From Haliotis cracherodii (Eukaryota), in the NCBI RefSeq assembly GCF_022045235.1, contig NW_027266343.1, forward strand, positions 49,166,001-49,230,000: 64,000 nt of DNA, written 5' to 3'. The notes below the pieces were generated by a model. The model saw only the letters and a list, made by a program, of their open reading frames with translations. It was not told the DNA's origin and ran no database searches. Below are positions 22,134 through 35,016 of the stretch, piece by piece (the stretch's first letter is position 1; each line of letters starts with the position of its first letter). The position numbers and the translations under genes were made by a program.

Positions 22134-22303
22134 TAAGAATTGACCTTCACTTTGTGTGAGTTCATTGGAGTATGAACCTTCATAGAGTGAGGGCCAAACT
22201 GTATGAACGTCGGAGCTTGCGACGACGTTCATACAATGTTTTGCGCTCACTCTATGAAGGTTCATACTCCAATGAACTCACACAAAGTGAAAGCCAATTC
22301 TTA
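22134..22303. repeat. Near-perfect fold-back inverted repeat (~78-bp arms)
   Basis: TAAGAATTGACCTTCACTTTGTGTGAGTTCATTGGAGTATGAACCTTCATAGAGTGAG...CTCACTCTATGAAGGTTCATACTCCAATGAACTCACACAAAGTGAAAGCCAATTCTTA. Confidence 0.92.
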
Positions 22304-23453
22304 TAATTTTTTTATCACAATTTCTTACCTCAAAGGATGTAGGCCATGATCCTAACACAATTTTATTTAGTACGTATGACTTCATGTTTACACTGACAGC
22401 CATACAACAACCAACTATATCGCAGAGTATAATAGTTCCTCAAAAAGAGAGGTGACATGGGTGTATGGATGCACAACTTGCTCTTCAGAAACATCTTACG
22501 AAGCACATGTGTTCAAATCATATCTGCATTAGATGAGAAAGGTCTGTCAAGAACTACCTCAGTAAGTCAGTCACAATGACAGCGCGTCGTAATACATTTA
22601 CATCAAGTACAAGACGTCAAAATGGCCGACACGATAAACGTGACGGGAGAGATTTCCGAAGTTCTTAATGAACCTGTGGCGGTTACATGTGTTATTAATC
22701 AACTGGCCGATCATTGAAAGGTGAATAAAGATACTTCAAACATACACTAAGGTAAATTCAGAGATTGCTGCAGACGGTCAATATCAGCCTAGGCACGGAT
22801 CGAGTCGACACTACGATAGCTTAGATGTGCATTTCATCGTTTGTTTATTAGGATAGGCCGCAGCGAGGATATTCGTGAACAATCATGCAGTCACGTTCTC
22901 TGACATTTATCAATGTATACTGAAACGCTGAGACCAAGATTAAAGGTTCTAAATGATCAGAAAGAATGCTTATGCATGTTAGGGAATTCCCAGGGGTTTC
23001 CCCAGGAATGTGGAAGTAGTCTGTCAGTGTTTACGTCATTTCAAGAACACAGTCTCGTGAAAAACGTATGAACGTCAAATTGAGTCGTTCATACACTTAT
23101 GAATGTCAATTTCGCGGTCATGTGACTGACCTCTCGTCCAATGGAAAAGCCAAACATCGTGTAAACTTCAAATTAAAAAATTATATTTAGATAAGTGTAC
23201 CAGCTGATTACATAATCGGGTAACATCTAGCGCTTTGAATAGGCCTAAATGAAGGCAATATTCATTCAAAAACTGCATCATTATTTGAACTAGTACAGAA
23301 TTTGCAAGAACGAAATCTTTGTGACAAGAGACAAATACCATACATGTATATGGTCTCTGCTGTGACTGAGACGATTTGCAACTTGTATTGCATTTCAAAT
23401 TCAACAGTAAGATCCATTTGTAATTTTGTCATTTCATGTTAGATACAACGTAC

Positions 23454-23615
23454 ATTCTGACCCAGTCGAGTAACAACTTCGTTCTGTGCAAGTATGATAT
23501 CTCTCAGCTGATTCTGGACAATGATGTGTGACGGCAGAGACGACGGGTACGGATCACTCCCTCGGGTGGTTTCCCCTGTGACAACACAGTTGGCTTCCCT
23601 AACATCGGCAGCCAT
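23454..23615 (-). CDS. SPATA24: SPATA24 exon 1 (spermatogenesis-associated protein 24, coiled-coil; 213 aa in total)
   Basis: aagATGG start at 23615 and donor 23454|gtacgt, 54 codons. Encodes MAADVREANC...QNQLRDIILAQNEVVTRLGQN versus vertebrate DQLRDVIESQEELIHQLRN. All five exons join in frame. Confidence 0.92.
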
Positions 23616-23760
23616 CTTGAAATTCCCGCAATGACTAAAGGTGAAGGTCACCTTCGCGGTCAAGGACGTAACTTTGACAAGTGCGTGCCTGTTGCTAATG
23701 TAAACGATGCAGTAAAAATACATTGAGGGTGCCAGTGGAAGGCGTACCGGGACCTCTGTC
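23608..23760 (-). promoter_or_regulatory. Putative SPATA24 proximal promoter
   Basis: Locally CpG-rich. A YY1-type AAGATGGCTGC overlaps the ATG, and an X-box/forkhead-like GTTGCTAATGTAAAC lies at 23691-23705. Confidence 0.45.
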
Positions 23761-24166
23761 ACAGCAAATGTCAATGTTTTGACATAATGCAGTTTTGAGA
23801 CAGTATTTAGTTTGAAACAGAGAAACTAATAGTATGAGTTCGTAGTGATTATTACCAATACCAGAGCTATTAGATATCTATTTCCAATATCATAATTATG
23901 CCTTCTTAATTTGACCACAGGAATAAGTAGCTGACATTAACAATTAAAATGTTCAAAATGTGGAAAAAATTATGTTCAGCAACGTATTCCTGTGTTTTGA
24001 CACAGTGATTATTAATGTAGATGACTTATTTTAAAACAACAAATGTGAGAAAAGTGAGGATTGAAAATAGCAAAATTTTAGAAAAAATGTAACTAAAGTC
24101 AAAATAATACATGTAGATTTCTCTGTGTTTACAGGGCATGCAGAAATTGTTTCTGAATCAGATGAA

Positions 24167-24327
24167 TGAGAGAGTTGGAACTTTAGCTGCTTTTAGCAAT
24201 ATCCGAGCAATATCACAACAGGGAACACCAGAAATGGGCTTCACACAATATACCCATCTGGGAAATCGAACCGGGGCCTTTAGCATGAGGAACGGACACT
24301 TTAACCACGAGCCTACCCAACCACCCT
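24167..24327 (-). mobile_element. SINE family A
   Basis: Full body, with 13-bp TSD TGAATCAGATGAA. Confidence 0.88.
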
Positions 24328-25799
24328 TGAATCAGATGAACTGACATCATTATGTCCCCCACCACTGCAAATATTGGTGTTGATTCAAGTGTAGTATCAG
24401 TGTACTAGTCCCGACATTAAGCTCTCCAAATATCCAGCAAATATTGTCTCGTGTTGCTACTGTTTATATTGTTGCAAATAAAAAGAAAAACTATTGATGA
24501 AAATCGAGTAAATATTTTTCCATGTAAATACTGAAAAGTATTATTCATTCATGGAATTCATGTTGGTTTCATCAATCAATTTGTAAAGGGAAAGGTGTCA
24601 GTTTTCTCCTTGCCCTATATAAAAAACTCTTTTACATTTTTCACCCTAATAAAGTTTAACAAAAGTGTATTATATATAACAGGAAGTATATTCATGAAGT
24701 TCCTCACCTACCTCTACATTGAATGTAATTTTATTTAAATATACCATACACCAATTTATTGAGAAATCTTAATGTATCAATTTTCATCTATTTTAGTGGA
24801 GCATTTTTGACAGATTTGAATATTTATTTGGATTATCTCATTCTCATTCTGTTATTGTTTTGAAGATTTTTTAATACCAAATTAGTCTGTATATTCAGAT
24901 TTCAACTGAAAATAGTTTAATATAATTCCATATAGAAATAATAGGAAGATTTCGTAAACTTTCTTTAAAACAGTAATTATTTATCATGAACATTCTTTGG
25001 TGTGATTAACCCGAATTATTTTGAAAACAGGAAAACTGTCAGATTTCCTCAAACGTGTGTTGTGTAATTTAGGAGGGTATTTGTCTCAGTGATCAAATTA
25101 CATGTATCAACCACACCTGAATATTTTTTCTCAATATTTTAGCATGTTTATATCACTTGCATGCAAAGGTATTGATAACCTAAGACAAGTGTTGTGTGTT
25201 CAATGTCAGGATTATATCCAAGTAGCTAGTATAAAAGTGCATGTCACTTCTACTGCACAAAGTCAAGTTTCAAATATTCACCCCTCCGAACTAGATAACC
25301 CTCCCTTCTTAAAAACAGCCTACACTGTATGGATTGTTTCTCCTGCGTTATCAGCAGTGGATAAACAAAGACATGTAACTAAGCAATGACATGAGCTTTG
25401 ACCTGCTCCACTTCTTAATCACCCATTGTCTTAACATCTAATTAATTTGTCCTAATGCTATATGTGTAATCTCTTCTTAATCTGTGCTATTTATAACGAG
25501 GCTAGACTGGGTCTGGTTCTCTTTCAGGGAGATTATACAGGCACGAACCTGTCCTCTTGTTGATAATTCAATCCTCTACCTCGGGGCCTCAGTGGAGGAG
25601 TATTGAACCACGATTGATCCAAGTGATCGACTCTCGGACCGTATTCCTAGTCCAGGTGTCACTCCTACAGGTGTACTCAAGATTTCATTATAAGGTGACA
25701 GTCTCCATATTTGCTTCCTTGGGACGATATTTGTTCTTTGATTGCGGACTGTTGTTTAATGAGGCATGGCTTTGAGACGGATAACGGTTCCTAATTAGT

Positions 25800-26077
25800 G
25801 AGGAGGGTCATGTTGTGAAACATGAAAGACTAGGGGGAGTCCATGCTGATCTGTCTCGTTTGATTTGCGTGTCGGTAGAAGTCAGTATTTGGGATGGCCC
25901 AGACCTGTGCCAAGTGGACAGTAGAACAATATGACCACTGACTGGCCCCATGTCAAGCAGGGAGGAGTGAGGGGTTGGACTTGAAGGAATTCAAGTGTGC
26001 TTGTTATACTGTAAGGAGAGACGATTGAAGACAAAACATAGCTTATCTTCTTAGGTCTCCTTGAACAGAACTCACAG
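25800..26077 (+). other. Putative non-coding upstream exon of the KNDC1-like gene (5' boundary uncertain)
   Basis: GC-richer non-repetitive segment ending in a strong donor CAG|GTGAGA at 26077, followed by T-rich intron-like DNA. It would pair with the acceptor at 28032. Confidence 0.4.
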
Positions 26078-26684
26078 GTGAGATTTTCTGGATTTTTTGT
26101 TTATCTGTGTTTGTATTTATTGTCTGAAGTTATGTTTAATTTTTTTTTATTATGTTGATATACAGTATACAATGTGTTTCTTGTAAGATTTGGGAGTGGT
26201 ATTTGACATAATGTCTGTCATGTTTGTTCAGTCTCTTGTTTGTTCTCTTAGGTAGCCTGTTTGTGTACAGTGTTTGTGTACAGTGTTTGTGTACAGTGTT
26301 TGTAGTACAGTGAGGTTATTGGCACTGCTTTAAGTGCAGGTATATTATCAGTATGTAAACTGTGTTGTTAGTTCCTTTTGTGAGAATATAAATAATTTAA
26401 ACTATCTCATTTGAAAATGAATTAACAATTGATATTTCCCATGTGGTGACTAGTTATATGTTGTGTTGACAAACCTGTCATAAAGATGGATACCTCTCTA
26501 CCTGTGTTACACAAGGGCAGGAGGTGTACTTGTATTATCAGGGAACTGGTACATGTTTGAATAAGTGCTAAACAATACTGCTCCTACATGTTACACAATG
26601 TATATGTAAAAGATTCATCTTATAACTTAGTTGGTCCTGTACTGTATTCACACAACTTAGGTGAGACTTACTATAACATAGTTA

Positions 26685-27103
26685 CAAGGGCCTACCCAGA
26701 CTGGAGGGTTGGGAAGTTTACGTTAGATAGTTGATGGAGATCTTGTTGTTGGTGTAATATTTTTTATACTGCCTTATAATCAGGATATAAGGAAGTTGAT
26801 TTCATCATGCTTGTTTTACAGTAATACAAACATGATTTTCTATGAAAAAGTTAAATGGGAATATTAGATATGTTTGCAAGTCTGACATAACAAGGGCCTA
26901 CTCAGACTGGAGGGTTGGGAAGATTACGTTAGATTGTTGATGAAGACGTGTTATATGTGGATCTTGTTGTTAGTGTAATATTTTTTATACTGCCTCATAA
27001 TCAGGGTATAAGGAAGTTGATTTCATTATGCTTGTTTTACAGTAATACAAACATGATTTTCTATGAAAAAGTTAAATGGGAATATTAGATATGTTTGCAA
27101 GTC
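26685..27103. repeat. ~205-bp tandem duplication
   Basis: 26685-26882 and 26891-27103 share CAAGGGCCTAC.CAGACTGGAGGGTTGGGAAG...GATATGTTTGCAAGTC. Confidence 0.93.
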
Positions 27104-27155
27104 CAACGTTTCACCCCAAAAATCCTATTTGGACTTTATAAAAAAATTAAGGTGA

Positions 27156-27478
27156 GGTGAAATGGGGGTTAACGTCACATTTAAGATTATATGCGACATG
27201 CAAGCACATGTGTATGTGTCTGGTTGTACTAGTCTAGGCTAGTTTTATAGTGCTAGCACACTAAGATATCATGCAGTTTAACATGAATATGCCACTCAGA
27301 CACAGTATACTGACTCTGAGCTGACCAGTCCTTGTTTTAGCCCCTTAATGCCAAGCGCCAGGCAGGGTAACAACAAGTCCCATCTTTTAACATCCTTTTG
27401 TATGACATGGTCGGGGATGGAATCCCCGACCCTCGCTCTCCATGCAGATGATCCACCACTAGACCACAGAGGCTGTCT
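27156..27478 (-). mobile_element. SINE family C (V-domain-like)
   Basis: Homologous to 4127-4546 (CCACTCAGACACAGTATACTGACTC...CCAGTCCTTGTTTTAGCCCCTTAATGCC). Confidence 0.85.
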
Positions 27479-27669
27479 AAAAAATTAAGATAAACATGTT
27501 GGTTTCTGTCGTAAGGTTGAATTATTATTCTACTTGTAGTCATATGTTAGTCACCAGTCTCAGAGAGAAAGAGAAAAAACGATAGCTTGATGTTTGTGTT
27601 TATCTTATACATATTGTTTCATGACTAATGTCTTGTAACCTACATGATGTCTGGTATTTTATGATGCTT

Positions 27670-28003
27670 AGTATATGATAATGTCTAGGGTGTAATAATG
27701 TCTGGATATAGTATGTTATAATGCTTGATGTGTTATAATGTCTGGATAGAGTATGTTATAATGCTTGGTATGTGATAATGTCTAGATATGGAGTGTTATA
27801 ACCCTTGATATGTTATAATGTCTAGATATGGAGTGTTATAACCCTTGATATGTTATAATGTCTGGATAGAGTATGTTATAATGCTTGGTATGTGATAATG
27901 TCTATATATGGAGTGTTATAACCCTTGATATGTTATGATGTCTAGATATGGAGTGTTATAACTCTTGATATGTTATAATGTGTAGATATAGAGTGTTATA
28001 ATC
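27670..28003. repeat. 40-bp (23+17) minisatellite immediately upstream of the KNDC1-like exon acceptor
   Basis: Unit TGTTATAATGTCTAGATATGGAGTGTTATAACCCTTGATA. Confidence 0.92.
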
Positions 28004-28199
28004 CCTGAAAACATAACACTCTTCTCCTCCAGGATGGATCTGCAGCATGGAAATTTGATGTGTCGGTGAAGGTTCATCTGACTTTAGATTCCAGAAGTCA
28101 ACTGGCCAGAAAATTTCCAAAAGTATGATGGAAATATGCACTTTTTCCAAATAGAAAATAATTCAGTGAAATACTCAGTGTGATATCAGTATATCAAGC

Positions 28200-28437
28200 A
28201 TGGATCACCTACAAGCAATGAGCGAAGGGGTGGAGGAAGCGTTGTCCCTGTTGGAGGTGTTGTCTAGTCGGAATTCGTGTATCACAGAGCTGGAGGTATG
28301 GGCATTATGCAGAGAGTGTGCACTCACATTGGAGTACATGCAGAGTGAGCCTGATCTATACCAGGGGCTGTGCATCACCCCCGAAACTGTTGCCTTCGAT
28401 CAGACTGGGAGCGTTTGTTTTCTGGACCTCGGAATTG
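28200..28437 (+). CDS. KNDC1: KIND-domain protein, first coding exon (KNDC1/very-KIND-like)
   Basis: MDHLQAMSEGVEEALSLLEVLSSRNSCITELEVWALCRECALTLEYMQSEPDLYQGLCITPETVAFDQTGSVCFLDLGI closely parallels KNDC1 KIND1 (VSLADILSLR...EQEAWAVCLEC...LCITPDTLAFNTSGNVCF). In-frame upstream stop at 28167, acceptor ctcctccag|28033, phase-1 donor 28437|gtgagt. Confidence 0.88.
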
Positions 28438-29304
28438 GTGAGTTTCTTTCATTTTTTATTTATCTTAATTACGATATAGAACCATGTACTGGCAATCAAC
28501 TGTGCAGTGAGAAGTTGATGAAGAGTGAGTGAGTGAGTTGGGTTTAACAACACTTTTAACAGTATTTCATTTATATCACAGCGTGTCAGCTTAATGTGGG
28601 AGGAAAGCCCAAAACCAAAGCAGAAATATGTCCGACAAAGCTAACATTTCACTAGTCCCTGCGTAAGTGAGAGATTTATTTTAGAATCTCTGATGGTTCT
28701 GTGGTTTGTAGTAGAATGTCTAGAATGCTCAAGATGACAACACAGATGTATGACATCATTCCTGCCTCAATGCGTTCATGGACATGTCATTGTAAGATCA
28801 ATAATAAACAGAAATATGTCACAGACCGGATTATCTGCCCAAATCTGAATATACCAGGAAACTGAGTCTGAAATGTTGAAGTTCCTGCCAAAATGCAGCC
28901 TCTTACAATTTTCAAAAACTTTGATAAGTGTAAACAGCCCAACTTGGACCAAGAAATCTTGGTCAAAGTTTTCTTTGACCAAGTTGTTGATAAAAGTTTT
29001 TGATAGTGTAACGGGGGCTTTAGACATAAATGCTGAACATTGTACATAAAAAAGTTTGTTTTTTCTAAAAGAGTAATGTATTTTTAATCAAAATAAATTC
29101 TGAAACACACACACAATATTAGTAACGATCGATCGGTTTGAACAACATGCAGGACCTCGACTCTGATCTTTCACAGAGAGAGCAGTTCGTTCTCCATGAA
29201 ACTTGACTATGTAATTAACCTGATTTAATTCTGTCATGTTTGTGTCTGTGTACTATATTCGTGTATTGCAACACACATTAACATACCAACACACCACCAC
29301 ATAC

Positions 29305-29417
29305 CAGGACCCACTTGCACAAAGCGATCTTAGGGCTAAGATAATCTTAACTCCCATACTTTAACATAGGCTTACAATAGTCGTAGCGCTAAGATCGCTT
29401 TGTGCAAGTGGGCCCTG
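29305..29417. mobile_element. Harbinger-like MITE
   Basis: TIRs CAGGACCCACTTGCACAAAGCGATCTTAG / CTAAGATCGCTTTGTGCAAGTGGGCCCTG. Confidence 0.75.
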
Positions 29418-30315
29418 AACACACCAAGACCTTCAAATTATCTATCTTTTCAGTCAGCTATTCTAAAGCATGTAAATTATGCACTCTAGCTATTATTTTA
29501 CCTCGATCGTTTGGCCAAAACGTGATAGATTATTGCTATTACTGGGGGAGTATGCCCATCCATGCATGGGTGATGGTCTTGATTGGTGGGATCAGAGTAG
29601 CTAATGTTCCCATTGACACTTTGCATCGCTTAAACGTTGCTGAAATGTTAATCCATGATTATGAGGAGATTATCAGCTCTGTGTATTACACAAACGCCAC
29701 ACAGAAGTCGAAGATTATGTTACGTATAAATGTAAAGGGGTTCAAAATGAGGTCAGCTAATTACAACTTCAAACCAAGAAAATACCTTGACTGTTGCCTT
29801 ATGAAACACGTTTCAAGTTGAACATTTTCTTTTCAACAAATTGTTTTAACTACAACACTTCTAATCATATTTAATAACATTGAGAAAAAATATCATTTTA
29901 ACACATAATAATGTTATCCCTGACAATTAACTCATTGATAAAATATTCAATGAGGTTTTTTTCAACTTTGATAATATTCTGCTCAGATTATCCTCATGAC
30001 GTGAGCTCAGTTCATAAATTATTCACAGTCTCCCTAGTCTGTCTCACAGACCCTGGAGAAGGAATTAAAAAATGAATCCAACTCAAGTCTTGAATGATAT
30101 GACAAATCTAGACTGCCTCAGCTCTACGAAGCGTTGTCCTGGGCTCCATTTTTTATTTTGTAGATACATATTTTAAGATAAGATGACTTTATTCCTGGGA
30201 CTGCATGTCAGTCTATCTCCTTCTAAATCTTCTGTTCATGTTATTAGATAATTGCTTGTTCTGACTGCCTGGAGGAAATCTGTTCCAAATAGACAATTCG
30301 CATCTTGTTCTTCCT

Positions 30316-30490
30316 GTGAGTGAGTGAGTGAGTGAGTGAGTTGGGTTTAACAGCACTTTTAACAGTATTCCAGTTATATCGCGGCATGTTAGCTTAATGT
30401 GGGAGGAAAGCCCAAAGTGATGCAGGTCTGAGACGTTTACCACTTTGGTGAAACCCACGAGCACGGGTATGGTGCTGACAAACCTAGAAA
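30316..30490 (-). mobile_element. SINE family D, 5'-truncated
   Basis: (GAGT)n TTGGGTTTAACAGCACTTTTAACAGTATTCCAGTTATATCGCGGC...GACAAACCTAGAAA. Confidence 0.85.
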
Positions 30491-31022
30491 AAGAGGAAGG
30501 AGGTATCTTATAAGGTTTAAAATAAGACATCTCCAGCCTTTTCATATAATCAAATGAGTGTTTTAAGCTGGGCTAATATACAAGGCTGTGACAAAAATAA
30601 CCATGTTGAGTGAAATCATTTTAGTCATGGTACAATACATAGAGCAGAATAATAGTGATCCCTGATGTATACGAGCACGCCCTCACAGTCAGAGAGATAC
30701 ACCTGACTGACCTCTGACCTGCTTGAGTGAGAACACTGCAAGATAAACCCTGAGAATTGTGATTGCTGTATTCAGTGGTATGTTAATAAACACATCTACC
30801 TGTGGGATGTAGCTGGGATGCAGTAAAGGTAGGTAGGACAGTGATGTAAGGTTAGGCTGCCATCAGCTAGATCATTCTGATGATTGGTGGAGTCAAGAGT
30901 TTAATATCTATATTACATGTAGAAAAGTTGTGTAATTGTATCACTGTGTAATCATGATGACCTATACACTCACTAGTCTGTAGTGTTTCACAACTGTTAA
31001 CAGATCCCAGGATAGTTGAGAG

Positions 31023-31418
31023 TAGGGCTGGCTAAAAAGATTTATAATCTGAATTATCGTCGATGGGAAGAAATATTAACTAATATCAATATGAAAATTT
31101 TGTTATCGATAATATCTTTCACAAACTATTGGGAAGAAATAAAGTTTAAATTTACTGAAAAACACTTGTTATTGTCAATGACATGTCAATTGCTGATCAT
31201 GGAAGCAACAGTTATATATGTTAAATGTCCAGAAAGTTATCCATGCATAAATGTGTCACCACTCACCTTTCATGTGAAATATGTTGATTTCTTTCGGACT
31301 TTCTTTTCGGATGTTTTGGATGTTTGCTCAAAATTACTTCTCCAATATGTTTTGATAATTGATCGATATTTTGTTAACAATTATCAATCTCTATGATCTA
31401 TATCGATAGCCAGCCCTA
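31023..31418. mobile_element. hAT-type MITE
   Basis: TAGGGCTGGCTA...TAGCCAGCCCTA, TSD GTTGAGAG/GCAGAGAG. Same family as 19967-20492. Confidence 0.82.
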
Positions 31419-33235
31419 GCAGAGAGTCTTCCACTTGCGGATTCCACATAAAGTCATTAAGCTTGATCCACATACTTCTTGTTTCCCCATCACCTTGGTC
31501 CCCCTTCAAGGAGCGACTGGAGCGCTATGTATGTCGTAAGTCTATGTTTAAGTGTAGGAGTTACGATAATCGTTGTGCTGAGATAGCTTTGTGAAACGGA
31601 GCCCACTCAAACACTTTAAGAAAATGACGTTTTTACCTTGAATACATTTTGGACCTACTTTGTGTGTACATAATGCTATTGATTGTACCCTTACTCATCA
31701 CTCCTGGTTTTCACCCATGGTGTGACGAGCCCGGGTCTGATTTATACTGGTACATCAGTCTGCGACTTTAGCTTCTTATCGGATGCCCGAGTCTAGTAAA
31801 CATCCGTTTGGTCTTGTAAGATCAATAAAACTCACTCACTCACTCACTCACTCACTCACTCACAATATTCTGTCATGGTCAGTACTCAATACACTTTCGC
31901 TACCTTTGCTTAATTTGTCAAAATGACTCTCCTGAACAAGAATATGGGACAGATTTACACTTACACATGTGGAGTCATACAAGAAAACCCTTGACAGATT
32001 CAATCAAAACAGAAAACTGTTGTGAAGGAACTTTTAGCAGGGAAGATGTTTCCATAAGTGTCAAGACAGAGTGAGGGACGTCGTTATGCTGGAAATCATT
32101 TCCAGTCAAGTATTTGTGATTTTGCCACTTGTTCCAATGATGAAAGCACAACGTAATTTGGTCAGATGACCACTTTTTGTGTAGCAGCATTTGAACTGGA
32201 ATCATAATCAGGCTGTGCTGGTGAAGGCCCAGGGTAGGAATGGATTGGAGATATTATACCCTGGATAACCAAGGTTTCAACAGTTTTCAATAGTTTCATT
32301 CAGTTGGCAAAGTCTGAGAATTTTTGTTGAGTAATTACCTTTCCCCTTTAGCCATTAAGAACAGATTTCTTTTCTCTGTTGCACTGCCAATAACAATATT
32401 TGTTTGATGTGTCTAAATTGACAATTGTGTTTCATGTTTAGTCAAAGGATTTGGGTGATATCCAAGATGTGGCTGTAATTTGCTCAATTTAATTGTCCCA
32501 TCCTATTGTGGGGAAAAATTGTTCAAGTGTTTCAGTGCTGCATACAGAAGACTTGTTAATTTGTTTTTCCAAGATAATCACTGAACAATCAAATTATATT
32601 GAGGCTAAGTCAAGACCAGCTGACTCTATTGTTAAACAGCTTCTGTCAATAGGAGGCAAGATAAAAAAAATCATTTTACAAAGTTAAAATAAAGATTCAA
32701 GAACTTTTAACAAGTACGGTACTCGGAACTTATTTGAAATAGATGTAACAAATATTCAATAATATTGTTCCTGAGCCATGTCGTCTACTACTACCACTAC
32801 CACTACCACTACCACTACCACTACCACTACCACTACCACCAGCATCTCCTCACAAAAACAATCATACACATTAGTGATGTGTTAATTATTTATTATTGGA
32901 AGCATGGCAATTCAATAGTTAATTAGGTTTGTTTATATACGAAAATACATGTACTTCGGGAGAGTATTGATTGTGATGTAAACACATTGGGCTGAGGCGA
33001 CGATGTTCACTCACCTGTGACCGTCATCGTACATACATTGACGACTCAGGTTTAAGTGGGTAATTAGCACTAACGAAGTTACATTTAAATAATTAATTAT
33101 CAAGTGTGAAAGTACATTTCTCTGTGGCATCCCAACTGGATTGTGAGTAAATTTGTGTTAGTTTCCTGTCAAATCAATTTTGCCGTTCTGAAAGAGATGC
33201 TATGACTTGGCAGGTAGGTAATAGGTAGTCTATAT

Positions 33236-33615
33236 GTTACACTTGGGCAGAGTGTGTTATCTGTCAGGTATGGTGGACAATATATAACATTGAAGGAGGC
33301 ATGTGAAGCTGGACAATGTTTTCCTGGGAATAGTTCTGAGGAAAACAGCTTTCGTTGATGACTACGTTACACTTGGGCAGGGTATGCTATCTGTCAGGTG
33401 AGGTGGACAATATATAACATTGATGGAGGCATGTGAAGCTGGACGATGTTTTCCTGGGAATAGTTCTTAGGAAAACAGCTTTTTTTTATGAATACGTTAC
33501 AATTGGGCAGGGTACACTAGCTGTCAGGGAATCTAGACAATATTGATGGAGGCATGTGAAGCTGGATGATGTTTTCCTGGGAATAGTTCTGAGGAAAACA
33601 GCTTTTGTTGATGAA
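33236..33615. repeat. 130-bp tandem repeat, 3 copies
   Basis: GTTACA(C/A)TTGGGCAG at 33236, 33366 and 33496, with shared GGAGGCATGTGAAGCTGGA...GGAAAACAGC. Confidence 0.93.
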
Positions 33616-34245
33616 GCGTGACATGTACAAGGTCAAATGTGTTGTTGTGCAGTTTTAGTGTGTTAGATTATATCATATATATTTTGTTTCTTGAAACAAC
33701 ATGTTTCCATCATTTGAAAAGTACTGAGGACTACTACTATCACTTAAATGTTTTGTTTTTACTCTTTTAATTCAAGTTCATGGTCTTCGTGACAGTTATG
33801 TGAAGTGATTTTTAGTTATCAATACAACCAATAGTTAGTGTAATAATGGTTTGGCACATATTTTTCATGTTTAGTTTTCATAATTCTACGCTGAACTCAC
33901 AACTATATAGTTCAGACAAGTACTTTAAAGGGAAGGGTATTTATGATGTTGATAATGGCTACTACTTCTACAACAACTACTAATATTGCAACGGCTTAAG
34001 GTTAATAATTATGCAATGTAAATGAATTGTTAATCATAACATTAATATTGATCGTTTATTAATAATATTGAAACCCAATATTTTTAAGGTATATTTGACA
34101 AAGAATCAGTCCAGCCCAGCGTCATCAGGGCCACTTCACACATTCTGACAACAGCCTCATGACAAATACAGGGATTAAGGCACGCATTAAACATAATTGC
34201 CAGATTGGTGCTATTGTTGGCTGATACCAAGGCGATTGTTGTCCT

Positions 34246-34347
34246 GATTGTCTCCAATGTCTCTGAGGGTCATCCCTCAGTCATATGTTAATGACTGAAG
34301 CACTAATGTGCAACTTGACCATCTAAGTCATCAATCGGCTCAGTGCC

Positions 34348-34378
<31 letters not shown>

Positions 34379-34621
34379 CACACCCCTCCTCTCCACCACC
34401 CCACTCACTGGTGCATAGATAGAGAATCACTCCCATGTGTCTTTTCATATAATACATATCAACACAGTTCAATAACAGTATTAGACTTTGTGGTGACGAT
34501 ACATGTCCGAATACTGTAAGAGGATGAAATGTAAAGTTTATTACAAACAAAAATATATTTGCCCACATCTGGTTTTTGTGGTGTAAAATTAACAAAAGTA
34601 ATGACCAACAGCCACTATGCA
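34246..34621 (-). repeat. Inverted copy of 17157-17550
   Basis: Reverse-complement match to 17157-17550. Confidence 0.92.
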
Positions 34622-34743
34622 CAGAAATTTATAATATGGTAGCATTCTTATTAACTAAGCAATCCGTATTGATACGAGGGTGGATTGATAAAAGTTCTGA
34701 GCCTCTCTGAGAAAGAATTGTGTAATTGTGAAATCTTTTGTTT

Positions 34744-34967
34744 NNNNNNNNNNNNNNNNNNNNNNNNNNNNNNNNNNNNNNNNNNNNNNNNNNNNNNNNN
34801 NNNNNNNNNNNNNNNNNNNNNNNNNNNNNNNNNNNNNNNNNNNNNNNNNNNNNNNNNNNNNNNNNNNNNNNNNNNNNNNNNNNNNNNNNNNNNNNNNNNN
34901 NNNNNNNNNNNNNNNNNNNNNNNNNNNNNNNNNNNNNNNNNNNNNNNNNNNNNNNNNNNNNNNNNNN
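34744..34967. other. Assembly gap (224 N)
   Basis: Run of N. Confidence 1.
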
Positions 34968-35016
34968 GTTCCTGCATCCTCGTTTATCCTGAGTATTATT
35001 TGTTTCAAGAGATAGA

